From assembly GCA_963729715.1 (NCBI GenBank), contig CAVSPA010000003.1:1-64000 (forward strand): 64,000 bases of DNA, in the 5' to 3' direction. Position numbers and translations under genes: made by a program. Source of the stretch: an uncultured delta proteobacterium. GTDB lineage: Bacteria > Desulfobacterota > Syntrophia > Syntrophales > UBA2185. Positions 30,770 to 41,320 of this stretch are shown here, in pieces; position 1 is the first letter of the stretch; each line of letters begins with the position of its first letter. The notes under the pieces were generated by a model. It saw only the letters and a list, made by a program, of their open reading frames with translations. It was not told the DNA's origin and did no database searches.

Positions 30770-31680
30770 TATCTTCATAGGCGGTTATCCCCATCAGTTG
30801 TACAACATCCTACCCAACCCTTGTGATTAGAAAGTCGTGTGAAACGCTTTTACCTTGCTTAATTGAGGTTAGGATGCAGACGGGGAGTTATGTATTCTGT
30901 AGTAGGAGGTCGCATAGCGCCAAAATCAAGCGATTGTTAACCATGACCTTCCCTGAGTTGGAACACATTGCCTGTATATTTACCAAATCCATGCTTCGGT
31001 TGCTCTGTCAATATCCTTCTGCTGCTTCGATAAGACAGGCAAAGCGTTCCAAGATAGCCAGGATACTGATACCGGGATCATACGGTAAACAAACGGATAC
31101 ATCGGTTGAGCGTATTGTCAAGGCAGCCGAAACGTCCATAGGAACGTCAAGTTCTGCCAAAGAGATCATTCTCAAACAGAAAGTATCCTTACTGATGCAA
31201 CTGGAGCAGCATCTCCAGGAGCTTACGGATATACTCACCGAACAGTGTAAGGGGAAGATGAGGAGGGATATGGACATCCTTACTTCTATGAGAGGCATAG
31301 GAAAAAAGACGGCCATGAATTTCCTGATTGAGGTAGGACGGGATGTCAAGGAGTTTGAGAGTCACAAAAAGGTGATAGCCATGGCAGGCCTCGATCCAGC
31401 CCTGTACCAGTCAGGGAAGATAGATCGAAAGGGAAAGATTACCAAACGAGGCAACAGGCATCTCAGGCGGGTGATCTGGGTAATGACGACTAAGGTCATC
31501 CAGTTTAACGCTAGATTCAAGAAATATTACCTGAAGCGAAAGCAGGACGGGCTGCCCTACAAGATGGCTGTGCTGGCTACAGCACATAAGCTCATCAGGA
31601 TCATGTTTGCTATGTTGACTAATGAAACTCAATTTAATGAAAGCATGAATTGATGATAGTTGAGTGTACTCAATAGACCT
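30770..31680 (+). pseudogene. IS110-family element lacking the N-terminal DEDD domain (boundaries approximate)
   Basis: GIG, AGLDP..YQSG, KRGN.HLR, A.AHKL.R in 30917-31653; no RuvC-like N-terminus. Confidence 0.8.
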
Positions 31681-31746
31681 GCCTTTCTTGCATTGATGCA
31701 TGATTTCGATGCGTAATGATCATCTCTATCGAGACCCTGATTATTC

Positions 31747-31889
31747 CTAGTGTAGTGCGTCAGAAGTCCCTTTACATAGGATTTCATACCATATTGCAGT
31801 TTGAATTCATCCGACGCAAGCTGGAAGGCAGTTCCAGCTGAGATGCTACACGAAACTTATGTAAAGAAGCGTTGGACGCACTACACTAG
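31747..31889. mobile_element. MITE with terminal inverted repeats bounded by CTAG
   Basis: CTAGTGTAGTGCGTC...CTTTACATA / TATGTAAAG...GACGCACTACACTAG. Confidence 0.75.
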
Positions 31890-32186
31890 GATGCCTACAT
31901 TCATTCATAATCATGAAAGTATAACAATTGGGCATAAGAAGGAGTGCCTGGTTTATGAGTAAAATGCCCACCGCCCCTAATAATACCGGCAAGAAATCCT
32001 TATTGCACTCCTTAATTAACTCTCAAGAATATCTCCGAACTGTGCCCACTAAAATCAAACAGTGACACTCACTATATTTTGTAATATTCAAAAACAATAG
32101 AGGCCTCTATCTCAAAATGTGGTATAAGTATCAAAAGCGGCTCGATATGGACAGGACAGTCTGTGACCATTGATGATAAAATCTGA

Positions 32187-33428
32187 ATGAGAGGTTCCAT
32201 CATGAAAGCAAGAGGAAAAAACACAGTTTATGCGTTAACCCTGCTAATGATTGTTTACTTACTTTTGCCGACATGCATGGCATACGCAGCCCCAGCTGCT
32301 GCCCAGAAGAGTACCCAGCAGACCCAACCTGCGGTAGGCGCAGCAGCGGGCTTGTTGAATCCCAATGCCCCACCTCAAGGCACCATCACCATACCCCCTT
32401 CCAGCAAAGACAACGTCAACTCGTCCACTTGGTATACGGGGACCTACCAGTATATACAATGGACCTGCAGTGGCACCCGCTCCACTCTGGTGGATGTCAC
32501 CCTATGGCAGAACAACCAGCAGGTTGTCGTCATTGGGAAGGGAATAGCCAGCGGGCAAACGGCCTATACCGTTCCCTTGAACATGGCTGCCGGCAGCTAT
32601 GAGCTGCGGGTGACCAGTGACGATGACACCCGGGTAGTGGCCAAGCAGCCGGTCACGGTAGCTCTTACAAGCATTACGATCACAGCTCCCAAACAGAACG
32701 AAATATTGTATTGGGGCGACACCTACACGATCAGATGGACATATACTGGAAATCCGGGACCGTTCAAATTAGGCGTCCTTCAAAACCCTATGTACTATGT
32801 GTATGCGACTTCTGTTACTACAGCTAATGGTCAGGGTAGCGCAGTCTGGCAAATTGACTCCGATCCCATATATATTGTAGGACCAACTGCACCTTCTGGT
32901 CTATTCAATATAACCATCGCAAGTGCAGGCAACGCCAACATTTCCGCAACCTCCGCAGGATTCGGCATTGTCTGCAAGCATAGCTACTGTGGGCAGGGGA
33001 AGTGCACTGATCTGCAGTCTGATGTTTTAAACTGTGGATCATGCGGCCATAACTGCCAATGGACTTTAGGCGGTTTAGGCAGTGTTTATTCTGTGTGCAC
33101 TAACGGTAAGTGCACATGCGGCCCCTATACCATGTGCCAAAATTCGAAAGGCTTTTATTGTGCTGATCTGACGGATGTGAATAACTGTGGATCATGCGGG
33201 AATGTCTGCCCCGGGAACTTTCCATGCATGAATGGCAAATGCGTCTGCCCTTCCCCTAAGGTCGTGTGCGGATGGAAATGCTCCGATCTGACTTCTGACT
33301 CGAATAACTGTGGGAAATGCGGTAATCAATGCACTGCTAACCAAGTCTGCTCTTCTAGTGTTTGTGTGGCAGGGGGGGGGAATTTGTTGCCGGATTTGCA
33401 GTCGGGGCAGCCGTCATCCGTTTATTAA
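32187..33428 (+). CDS. Secreted protein with Ig-like Ser/Thr-rich domains and C-terminal Cys-rich repeats
   Basis: Signal peptide; W.G..Y.I.W twice; C.DL..D..NCG.CG..C three times. Confidence 0.8.
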   Translation: MRGSIMKARGKNTVYALTLLMIVYLLLPTCMAYAAPAAAQKSTQQTQPAVGAAAGLLNPNAPPQGTITIPPSSKDNVNSSTWYTGTYQYIQWTCSGTRSTLVDVTLWQNNQQVVVIGKGIASGQTAYTVPLNMAAGSYELRVTSDDDTRVVAKQPVTVALTSITITAPKQNEILYWGDTYTIRWTYTGNPGPFKLGVLQNPMYYVYATSVTTANGQGSAVWQIDSDPIYIVGPTAPSGLFNITIASAGNANISATSAGFGIVCKHSYCGQGKCTDLQSDVLNCGSCGHNCQWTLGGLGSVYSVCTNGKCTCGPYTMCQNSKGFYCADLTDVNNCGSCGNVCPGNFPCMNGKCVCPSPKVVCGWKCSDLTSDSNNCGKCGNQCTANQVCSSSVCVAGGGNLLPDLQSGQPSSVY

Positions 33429-33895
33429 ACTGGAGAAGGCACCGGATAGGGATAGAAGTCATCCATCAAGTAAATAAAGGGGACGGCTCTATTTGTTGAG
33501 TTAATCTCGTTATTCTTGCATTTGCAGTAATTGGTCTTGCCTCACAAATATCCTGCATTATCTATGCGGCTTATTCACTATTACTATTGTTAATCGTGCA
33601 CTTTCGATTTGTCAACAAGATGAGGACTTGAGGTGGAGACAATAACCGCCGTATTCGATTTTTTCATTGCTCGATCTTGCGCAGTACGGGCTGAAAGGTG
33701 CAAAATCTTGACAGCTTATTCCCCTAGCAGGCAGCCTGCGGCTACCTTCCTCTCCTGAGAGGCAAATTGCCAAATTTGATTTTCATTGTAGAGTTCAAAT
33801 GGGAATCGTGGTAATGGAAAAACCTATACGTTACGTCAGAGATTAAGATTCATAACCCTTGAATATTGTGTGAGGGCATTATAGACCGATAACTG

Positions 33896-33928
33896 AAACC
33901 CCGTTTCTCAAAAAGAGCGGGGGTTTTT
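33896..33928 (+). terminator. Terminator-like hairpin in the leader of 34039
   Basis: AAACCCCGTTTCTC-aaaa-AGAGCGGGGGTTTTT. Confidence 0.5.
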
Positions 33929-34038
33929 GCAAAATAGCCGGAGCGAGGGACGAGAAAATGCCCGAAATGATGACCAAAGTTATTCTCGTTCTCCTTGTAA
34001 TCCAAGAACAGTCTCAACGATTTTGAAAAGGAGAAAAA

Positions 34039-34842
34039 ATGAAGACAAACAGACCCTTCATATTTCTTGCCATATGTCTTTTTGCTTGCTTGGGTGTCAC
34101 GGCTGCTGCATGGTCAGTGGAAACAAAAAGCTCTGTCCAAAGTAAGCAGATCACAGCACCTGCGGCAGGAGCACCCGTAATGACACAAGCGATTAAAGAT
34201 GTTCCACCGCAGGTGATAATTGTAACCCCTGTCGAAGGGGATACCTGGTATGCAAGCGAGACCCGCGACATCCAGTGGAAAACAATAGCTATCCCGGAAG
34301 GCTTCAAGATAAAGATCAGATTTGTGCGGTCCGATAAATCAGAGTACCTCATTGCAGACAACCTTCCGAGGTCGGGCAAATTTTCTTGGAAAATCGATGG
34401 GGGGGCATTTCAAAGCAAGCAAGGTCCAACAGGTTTTTATGGAAGCCTATCTGTACCCGTCGATACCACGGGCAAGCTGACGCTGACGGCTTCTGATGGA
34501 GCAACGAAATACGAAGGGGAAGTCTCTCTTTCCCTTGTCATTCCCAAAGTCAAGATCACGAGCCCCAAAAATGGGGATACATGGCATGTCGGAAAGACGT
34601 ATCTTGTCGCGTGGCAGACTACTGGACCCGCCCTCTCGCCGGTCCAGATAAATATCGTGGCAGGAGGTGGCTTCTCGGTCAACTTCTTGTACTCGACCAA
34701 TATGTCAAACACGGGTCATACCTACATCACCGTTCCGGCGAGTCCTATCCTTGACAATACCACCGATTTCCACTTGGTTATTCTGTCGAGCATAGCTTCA
34801 TTCCCCTATAATGATGAAGTAGCGATCAAAGTAATGAAGTAG
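34039..34842 (+). CDS. Secreted protein with two Ser/Thr-rich Ig-like modules
   Basis: Signal peptide; V.I..P..GDTW......I.W twice. Confidence 0.75.
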   Translation: MKTNRPFIFLAICLFACLGVTAAAWSVETKSSVQSKQITAPAAGAPVMTQAIKDVPPQVIIVTPVEGDTWYASETRDIQWKTIAIPEGFKIKIRFVRSDKSEYLIADNLPRSGKFSWKIDGGAFQSKQGPTGFYGSLSVPVDTTGKLTLTASDGATKYEGEVSLSLVIPKVKITSPKNGDTWHVGKTYLVAWQTTGPALSPVQINIVAGGGFSVNFLYSTNMSNTGHTYITVPASPILDNTTDFHLVILSSIASFPYNDEVAIKVMK

Positions 34843-35057
34843 GTCAATCGTTGCAATAATTTTGAGATTGAATCAAATATTTGTCGTCTGCCGGTTAGGC
34901 ATCCTATCACCCCTTGTGTGGACACTCGGCTCCTTCCTCTTCATTTGACAGAACTTACGGTTACGTATAGATTGCGAATCGTAATCTTCAAATAATCCAA
35001 TAGTTTTAGTAGTGTTAAAACGTACCGAATAAAAGATAAATAATAAAAGGAGCTTTT

Positions 35058-35492
35058 ATGAAGAACACGCTTCATATTACCTGCTGCCTCTCAGTAATTC
35101 TTTGCATTACAACAATGGCAGGAATTGCCAATGCAGCTGGGGCGATACAGGGGGTTGGCAGTGGACAGGCATCTGGTGTCACGTCGTCGACAAACCAGAA
35201 GGATATCTCATCGCAAATTCAGGGATTGCAGGATCAGATTAATGGAATACAACAGGATATTTATGATGCCCAGAAACAGATGCAGCAGCTGTTAGACGAT
35301 TTGAAACAGCTAAGTGACCAGCTGAAGCAGGCACAGAACAGCTTGCAGGCGGAAAAGACCGAACTGCAGGCGTTACAAGCCAACCGTCCCGCACGGTCGA
35401 GCTACGGCACCAAGGACGATAAGGCATTTCAAGATGCTCTTACGGCTTGGAATCAGCAGATGTCTTCGTTGGAGAATCAAATCCAGCTGTAG
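35058..35492 (+). CDS. Secreted coiled-coil protein
   Basis: Signal peptide, Gln-rich heptads; TTGACA-17-TAGATT promoter candidate upstream. Confidence 0.7.
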   Translation: MKNTLHITCCLSVILCITTMAGIANAAGAIQGVGSGQASGVTSSTNQKDISSQIQGLQDQINGIQQDIYDAQKQMQQLLDDLKQLSDQLKQAQNSLQAEKTELQALQANRPARSSYGTKDDKAFQDALTAWNQQMSSLENQIQL

Positions 35493-35727
35493 GTGTAACA
35501 AATACTATCCTTTTTATCTCTTTCTTCCTTGTAGTATTGTTTTTCTAAATCAGCACACCGATACAAGCTTTCACTCGATAATAACCAACAAGCTGACCGT
35601 CTGCCTTAAAAGAAAGCTTAAGTTATTCTTAATTTCTAACGATATCACTAAAACTATATGTGCGACTAAACGGCTGAGGGTGGTATCCGGAGAAAGCGAT
35701 CTACTCGATTCAAAGGGTGTCCGATAA

Positions 35728-36345
35728 ATGCAATGCATTTTACCATTTCTTATTAAATACTCTTATCTCGGGATCTTTGCTGCATTGGGACTCGGCATTC
35801 TGGGTTTACCCATACCTGATGAGACACTAATGGCATTAGCCGGATTTTTGGCTTTTAAGGGAACCCTCAGTTATCCGCAAGCTGTATTGGCGGCATTTGC
35901 AGGGACGATAAGCGGTATTTCAATTGGATATCTTCTGGGAAGGGGCTTTGGGCATCCTTTCTTAGAGAAATATTCAGCCAAATTGAGAATTAATCGTAAA
36001 CACCTTCACAAAACCGAAGAATGGTACAGCAAGTATGGAAAGTTTGCCATATTCATCGGTTATTTTATTCCCGGGGTTCGACATTTAACGGCAGTATTTG
36101 CAGGAATTGCTGTAATGCCTTACAAGGTATTCGCCATATACGCCTTTGCCGGGGGTTTTTTATGGACCGTGACATTTGTGACGATGGGGTATTATCTGGG
36201 TGATAAATGGAAACTTGTTTATACTTATTCATACCGTTATATCCTACCCTTTGCCATCGTAGCCATGGTGATTTTTTTATTGATAAATTTTCTGAGAACA
36301 AACGGTCGTAAACAGAATATGGCTCTCACAAATAAAGAGATGTAA
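35728..36345 (+). CDS. dedA: DedA family membrane protein
   Basis: GLPIPDE....AG, GY.LGR, FIPGVRH. Confidence 0.9.
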   Translation: MQCILPFLIKYSYLGIFAALGLGILGLPIPDETLMALAGFLAFKGTLSYPQAVLAAFAGTISGISIGYLLGRGFGHPFLEKYSAKLRINRKHLHKTEEWYSKYGKFAIFIGYFIPGVRHLTAVFAGIAVMPYKVFAIYAFAGGFLWTVTFVTMGYYLGDKWKLVYTYSYRYILPFAIVAMVIFLLINFLRTNGRKQNMALTNKEM

Positions 36346-36729
36346 CCAAAGTTTAGATTCTTTTTCAGTGAGAATTTGTTTAAGTCGTCCTGAAAGGGAA
36401 ATTTCTCAAGTCTTCCAGTAGATGCAACATTTCTTCAAGGAATCAACAGATGTCATCAGTTTTCAAATCAGATAATTGTTATATAAGAGATGCGCACTTT
36501 TTCCATCGGCTTATTCCTGGCAATTAATAGAAATACATCATATTTAGTGCGTTCTATATTTGCCATCCATCTTTTCATTTTCATAGTGGATTTCAATCAT
36601 AAGTAATGATATTCCTATAAAATAACACCAGATCAAGGAGCTCTCGACATCCATTTTATTGTTGGACTCATAATATACAGGTAACGTCATACCCGATATT
36701 CGTAGCAACCAAGAGGTTTACAAGAAACA

Positions 36730-37443
36730 ATGAAGGCAGACAAGCGCAGACTCCTTATAAATTGGAGCGATACACACTATGATCTCAAGCGATTAATTGA
36801 AAATAACGAGCCATATGATAAGAAAATAGAAAACAACAAAGGCTGGTCGTATGTGACTTTTCTTTCCAAAAAAATCCAGGCAAATAAGATTCCCTTTGAT
36901 ATAGACCGACTGTTGGGGATGGCTAAGGATAACAATTACTACCTTCCCCGTGAGCTTGTCGTTCAGCACAACAAGGTAGTTGTAACTGCTTATCCGGATG
37001 ATGGTGAGTCGCCCGCTTCTCCTCTTCTCGGTCTGTATCTTCTGGTGTCTTTCTATATGGATCGATACAGAGATGTACGGAAATATCCTTCTCACGGATT
37101 TTATGGGAAGTTCGGTGGAATCTATGAAAGACCGGAAAAAGGAAGGGTGCTTGCGATTTATACGGGAAACGATGATGCCCTGCTTTATATTTATGAATCT
37201 ATCGAGAAGCTGATTCCCGAGGTACCGTTGAAAAGAGTCCGATTTGACCTCCATGTTTCCAATGGATTAAGTGCCATTCCTAGGATGCTGCATGGATTCG
37301 ACGATCCAGACTACAGTCGTTCCGGAGCCGGACATTACAAGATAACCGACCCCAATCAATGTGCTGTTCTTCTGAACCAGGCTAGGCATGATTATGGCAG
37401 GTATCCTTTTTATCAAGTGGATACTCGTGTTGAAAATCAATAA
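36730..37443 (+). CDS. Hypothetical protein
   Basis: 237-aa ORF, no motif recognised. Confidence 0.6.
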   Translation: MKADKRRLLINWSDTHYDLKRLIENNEPYDKKIENNKGWSYVTFLSKKIQANKIPFDIDRLLGMAKDNNYYLPRELVVQHNKVVVTAYPDDGESPASPLLGLYLLVSFYMDRYRDVRKYPSHGFYGKFGGIYERPEKGRVLAIYTGNDDALLYIYESIEKLIPEVPLKRVRFDLHVSNGLSAIPRMLHGFDDPDYSRSGAGHYKITDPNQCAVLLNQARHDYGRYPFYQVDTRVENQ

Positions 37444-37675
37444 ATTTGTGAATGGTTTGATCGTATTATCCGTGCTACAGCATCAGCCTGGGGGCCATAA
37501 GGAAAAGAGCGCTTACAAGAGGCAATCCGCACTTCAATTCTAAATCGGAACTTGAGGATAGGTAGTTATTCCGTTTAAAATCAATAAAAAGTTTTGGCTA
37601 TGTTATGCCAAATCAAAAAAATACGTTCTTTGAAAATTTGGTAAGGCCTGGACAATCCATCCCATGTTTGCTATC

Positions 37676-39046
37676 CTAGTTATGGGATGGGGCAGAGACG
37701 ATGATCCCGCACTTAGTGAAGTTATCACTATGGGACACCTTCCGCTCCGTCCTTTTTTTGTATTGCCTCCTTGAAATGGGTGCTTTGTCATCAAAATCCT
37801 GATAGCGGCGGTTTTTATCTTTGACGATTGCCATTTGTTTCTGGACCATTTTCTCTCTATTGTTTACATCAATTTCCGGATCATAGGGCTGGTTGTGTTT
37901 CAGCATGCCATAAATGATGCGCAGGATTTTGTGCATACAGAGCCCGACAGCTGCCATCCCTTTCATACCTTTTTGGGTATGTTCTTTATAGATGCCACGG
38001 ATATGGGTATTTTTAGAAATGGAGGCCATGGTGACCATAAAGAGGATCCGTCGGGGATTTTTTCTTCCCTGTTTGCTCATATGGTACCCGCCAATGTTGT
38101 CACCGCTGATTTTGAACACTGGATGAAGCCCGAAAAAGGACGCCAGTTTCTTCACGGAGGCAAACCTTTCCAGGGCTTGAATCTCGATCATTAATCCGAT
38201 GGCGGAGGCGATCCCTATGCCTTGAAAGGTCATTAGAAGGGCGACTTCCGGAAGAGAACACAGGGCACTCATCTTCTTCTCTTGCGCCTGAATGACCGTT
38301 TTGAGATGAATGATCTGCTCGACTGTATCCACAATAATCTCTTCGGTAATACCATCTGATCTTGAGGCTACAGAACGTTTTGCCTTTTCAATCAGTTCTT
38401 GTGCACGAACGGCGGAGACATGGGGGATAAGGGCCAAAGATTCCGGTATGGCCTCTGAGAGCTTTTGGGCCGTGGGGTAACGTCTCAAAACTTCCAACAG
38501 CCATAAAGGGGACTTCTTTTTACAATATGCCATGATCTCCGGATTTGCAGAGTACAACAAGGACTCCAATTGATTAAACAACAGGGTCTTTTGCTTGGTA
38601 AGCATGTTGAAGAAGCCCCAAAGCTTTCTTAGGCTCCCCCAATAATCTTCCTGTTGGTAAGATACTTTTTCGGGGTGAGAGATCATGTATTTGGCAACAT
38701 CCTGGGCACTGATTTTGTCTGTAATCACCCTTCTGAGGGAAGCCTTGCTGTTGGCATTGACACCAAAGGGATTCAGACGCGCTGACTTCATGTTCAGGGT
38801 TGCCTGGAATTTCATAAGGGTATGTAACCAGTTATTCTCATACCCGCCGGTACTTTCCACGGCTGCAAAGAGCATCCCATCCGGATGTTCCTGGAGGAAT
38901 CGCGATAGGATCTCATAAAGTTTGCAATGGCCATCAAAGGTATCATCCAACTGAAAATTCTGCTCCACGATTTGTTTATGGGCATCGAGGATGACAAAAT
39001 CTGCATAACCTTTGCTGACATCGCCGCCTAAATAATAGTTCTGCAT
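37676..39046 (-). CDS. IS110 family recombinase
   Basis: G.DVSK, ESTGGY, TDKISA (fourth acidic residue appears to be Ser), GIG, GL.P....SG, A....HKILR. Confidence 0.92.
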   Translation of the reverse strand: MQNYYLGGDVSKGYADFVILDAHKQIVEQNFQLDDTFDGHCKLYEILSRFLQEHPDGMLFAAVESTGGYENNWLHTLMKFQATLNMKSARLNPFGVNANSKASLRRVITDKISAQDVAKYMISHPEKVSYQQEDYWGSLRKLWGFFNMLTKQKTLLFNQLESLLYSANPEIMAYCKKKSPLWLLEVLRRYPTAQKLSEAIPESLALIPHVSAVRAQELIEKAKRSVASRSDGITEEIIVDTVEQIIHLKTVIQAQEKKMSALCSLPEVALLMTFQGIGIASAIGLMIEIQALERFASVKKLASFFGLHPVFKISGDNIGGYHMSKQGRKNPRRILFMVTMASISKNTHIRGIYKEHTQKGMKGMAAVGLCMHKILRIIYGMLKHNQPYDPEIDVNNREKMVQKQMAIVKDKNRRYQDFDDKAPISRRQYKKRTERKVSHSDNFTKCGIIVSAPSHN

Positions 39047-39059
39047 GCGGTTTCCTTTC

Positions 39060-39262
39060 TGATAAGATATTTTTTTAAAAATGCCAGGAATCATCAGCCT
39101 TGTTGAATCCGGTGTCTGTGCACCAAGTTATTCCTCGACTTAAACCTGGCGGAAGGAAGATACTTTCAAACGGTCTCGAAGACCAGGGTGCAAACCTTCT
39201 CTTCCGACAAGATACAACAGATTTTACTAAAAGAAAAAGAGCTTTAATAATCTCATCCCTTA
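39060..39262 (-). ncRNA. Putative IS110 bridge RNA
   Basis: Non-coding left end with two stem-loop modules; GGAATAACTT and ACAAG match the reconstructed donor junction. Confidence 0.65.
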
Positions 39263-39342
39263 TCTTTGAATATACAAGGTGTACTCAAACGACTATGGTC
39301 AAAATTCGATATTTTTAAGAGTATTACCATTCTCTTAAAAAT

Positions 39343-39420
39343 CCCCATGCCCTGTGGGGGCACCACGAAGCCATGAAAATAACTTGTTATAGTTTTCGGC
39401 GGTTCTATTTTCGTATTAAT
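39343..39420. mobile_element. 78-bp insertion relative to the paralogous promoter at about 6650
   Basis: Present only in this copy; AAT on both sides; hairpin CCCCA..TGGGG and ATGAAAATA/TATTTTCGT inverted repeat. Confidence 0.6.
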
Positions 39421-39531
39421 ATTCCGGATTTCTTCGACATATTCTGAGAAATCTTGTATATTACCGCAGAAGTATTCGCTTTAGTTGTCATCATCACAAA
39501 TCATACTCTCTTCACATTAAGGGAGAAATCC

Positions 39532-40059
39532 ATGAAAAGAATTACAGCCACAGTTTTATCATTCCTGATTCTGAGTTTCGTTGCGACCACAGCACATGCT
39601 TTTCAAGCTGACATTACGAAGGTCTGCTTCAGTCCCAATGGCGGGTGCACCGAATGCATAGTGAAAGAAATCAATACCGCAAAATCAGAGATTCTGGTCC
39701 AGGCGTATTCATTCACATCAGCACCAATTGCAAAGGCCCTGACAGATGTTTTCAAGAGAGGCGTCAAAGTAGAAGCAATACTTGATAAGAGCCAGCGAAG
39801 AGAAAAATACACAGCAGCCACTTTTATATCTAATGCCGGTATTCCGACCTATATAGATGATAAACACGCCATAGCTCATAACAAGATCATGATTATTGAC
39901 AAGGAAACTGTGATTACAGGGAGCTTTAATTTTACCAAAGCTGCAGAGGAAAAGAATGCGGAGAATTTGTTGGTCATCAAATCTAAAGAACTGGCAAAAG
40001 AGTACATGGACAACTGGCACAAGCATAGAGAACATTCAGAGAAGTACGAGGGAAAATAG
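39532..40059 (+). CDS. Secreted PLD family nuclease, paralogue of 6759
   Basis: HNKIMIID...TGSFNFT; identical signal peptide start. Confidence 0.9.
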   Translation: MKRITATVLSFLILSFVATTAHAFQADITKVCFSPNGGCTECIVKEINTAKSEILVQAYSFTSAPIAKALTDVFKRGVKVEAILDKSQRREKYTAATFISNAGIPTYIDDKHAIAHNKIMIIDKETVITGSFNFTKAAEEKNAENLLVIKSKELAKEYMDNWHKHREHSEKYEGK

Positions 40060-40061
40060 AA

Positions 40062-40367
40062 ATGGCGCTGACTAAAATCGACCTTGTTGACATGATCTAT
40101 AATGAATTGGGCATTCCCAAGAAAGAATGCATCGATCTGGTTGAAAGCTTCTTTGATATTATCAAGGATGAACTCGCCAAGGGTAACGCCTTCATGATCT
40201 CAGGATTCGGCAAGTGGTCAGTGAAACAGAAGAGACCTAGGCTAGGCCGGAACCCTCACACAGGAGAGCAGATTATCATTGATGCAAAAAGGGTGGTTAC
40301 GTTCAAGAGTGCGCCACCGCTGAGATCAGAAATAAACCATGGTTCACATAGCAGCAAAGGAGGATAG
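40062..40367 (+). CDS. IHF alpha-like protein
   Basis: ISGFG, GRNPHTGE; paralogue of 11161. Confidence 0.9.
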   Translation: MALTKIDLVDMIYNELGIPKKECIDLVESFFDIIKDELAKGNAFMISGFGKWSVKQKRPRLGRNPHTGEQIIIDAKRVVTFKSAPPLRSEINHGSHSSKGG

Positions 40368-40369
40368 AA

Positions 40370-40933
40370 ATGGATTTCCAGACACTCTTAATAAACAGGC
40401 GTGCCATCAGGGATTTTCAAAATAAAGAAGTGCCGTTATTAGTAATCAAAGAAATCATTCAGGACACCTGTCTTGCCCCGACAGCCACTAATCGCCAACC
40501 ATGCAAGTTTATCATTATTCGGAACCGTGACTACATTAAAAAACTCTCAGATGAAAGTAAGAAGAACCTTCTTTCGGATCTTGAACGGAACCCTGAGTCA
40601 CCACTGAAACAATATGAACCCCGTCTGCGCGACGAACAATTCAATGTCTTTTATAATGCGCCTTGCCTGGTTTACGTCATCGGTCCCAAGGAGGTGCACT
40701 CACTTGATGTGGATTGTGGCCTTACGGTTGCATATTTTATGTTCTCCGCTACCTCCAGAGGATTGGGAACCTGCTGGATCGGATTAGGGGCTCATATCCG
40801 TGACCGCAAGATCCTTGATGACATGGGAGTCCCTGTGGATTGTCAAATAGTGGCACCTGTTCTTATTGGGTATCCGACCAGTATTCCTCCAGCTTCTGAA
40901 AGGCACGCTCCAGAAATTGTGAAGATTATATGA
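40370..40933 (+). CDS. Nitroreductase family protein
   Basis: Paralogue of 14257. Confidence 0.9.
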   Translation: MDFQTLLINRRAIRDFQNKEVPLLVIKEIIQDTCLAPTATNRQPCKFIIIRNRDYIKKLSDESKKNLLSDLERNPESPLKQYEPRLRDEQFNVFYNAPCLVYVIGPKEVHSLDVDCGLTVAYFMFSATSRGLGTCWIGLGAHIRDRKILDDMGVPVDCQIVAPVLIGYPTSIPPASERHAPEIVKII

Positions 40934-40949
40934 TTAACATCAGAATCAA

Positions 40950-41300
40950 ATGAAAAAGAATTTGAAACTAATACCTGTGTTCGTAGTCATCCTGGGTATT
41001 ATCATCGCCTCCGCCTGCAGCGACAATAAATTGAGCAGACCTTGGGGAATTTCAGATGAAACAATCCATTCGATTGTAAAGTCAGAATTAAAATGCGATG
41101 GAATCAGTATCATCGTTGACAAGGTCGGTGCTCCTCAAACCGTATGTGATCAACTGGGAGGCTGTAATGATTATGCTGATATTCAGGTGGCGATAGAAGG
41201 AGTCTGTGAGGATAAGGGCATTAAGGGATCATATGTTCTTAGACTATACAGGGGCGAGTTGGGTAATTACAGGGGAAAGATGATAAAGAATACCGATTGA
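40950..41300 (+). CDS. Putative lipoprotein
   Basis: Signal peptide with ASAC lipobox. Confidence 0.65.
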   Translation: MKKNLKLIPVFVVILGIIIASACSDNKLSRPWGISDETIHSIVKSELKCDGISIIVDKVGAPQTVCDQLGGCNDYADIQVAIEGVCEDKGIKGSYVLRLYRGELGNYRGKMIKNTD

Positions 41301-41320
41301 AAAAAGCGAAAGTATAGAAA

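Larger units (their letters stand above)
37564..39278 (-). mobile_element. Intact IS110-family element with CT core at both ends
   Basis: Rejoined ends give TTGATT-17 bp-TATATT; left flank resumes homology with 6586 onward. Confidence 0.8.
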
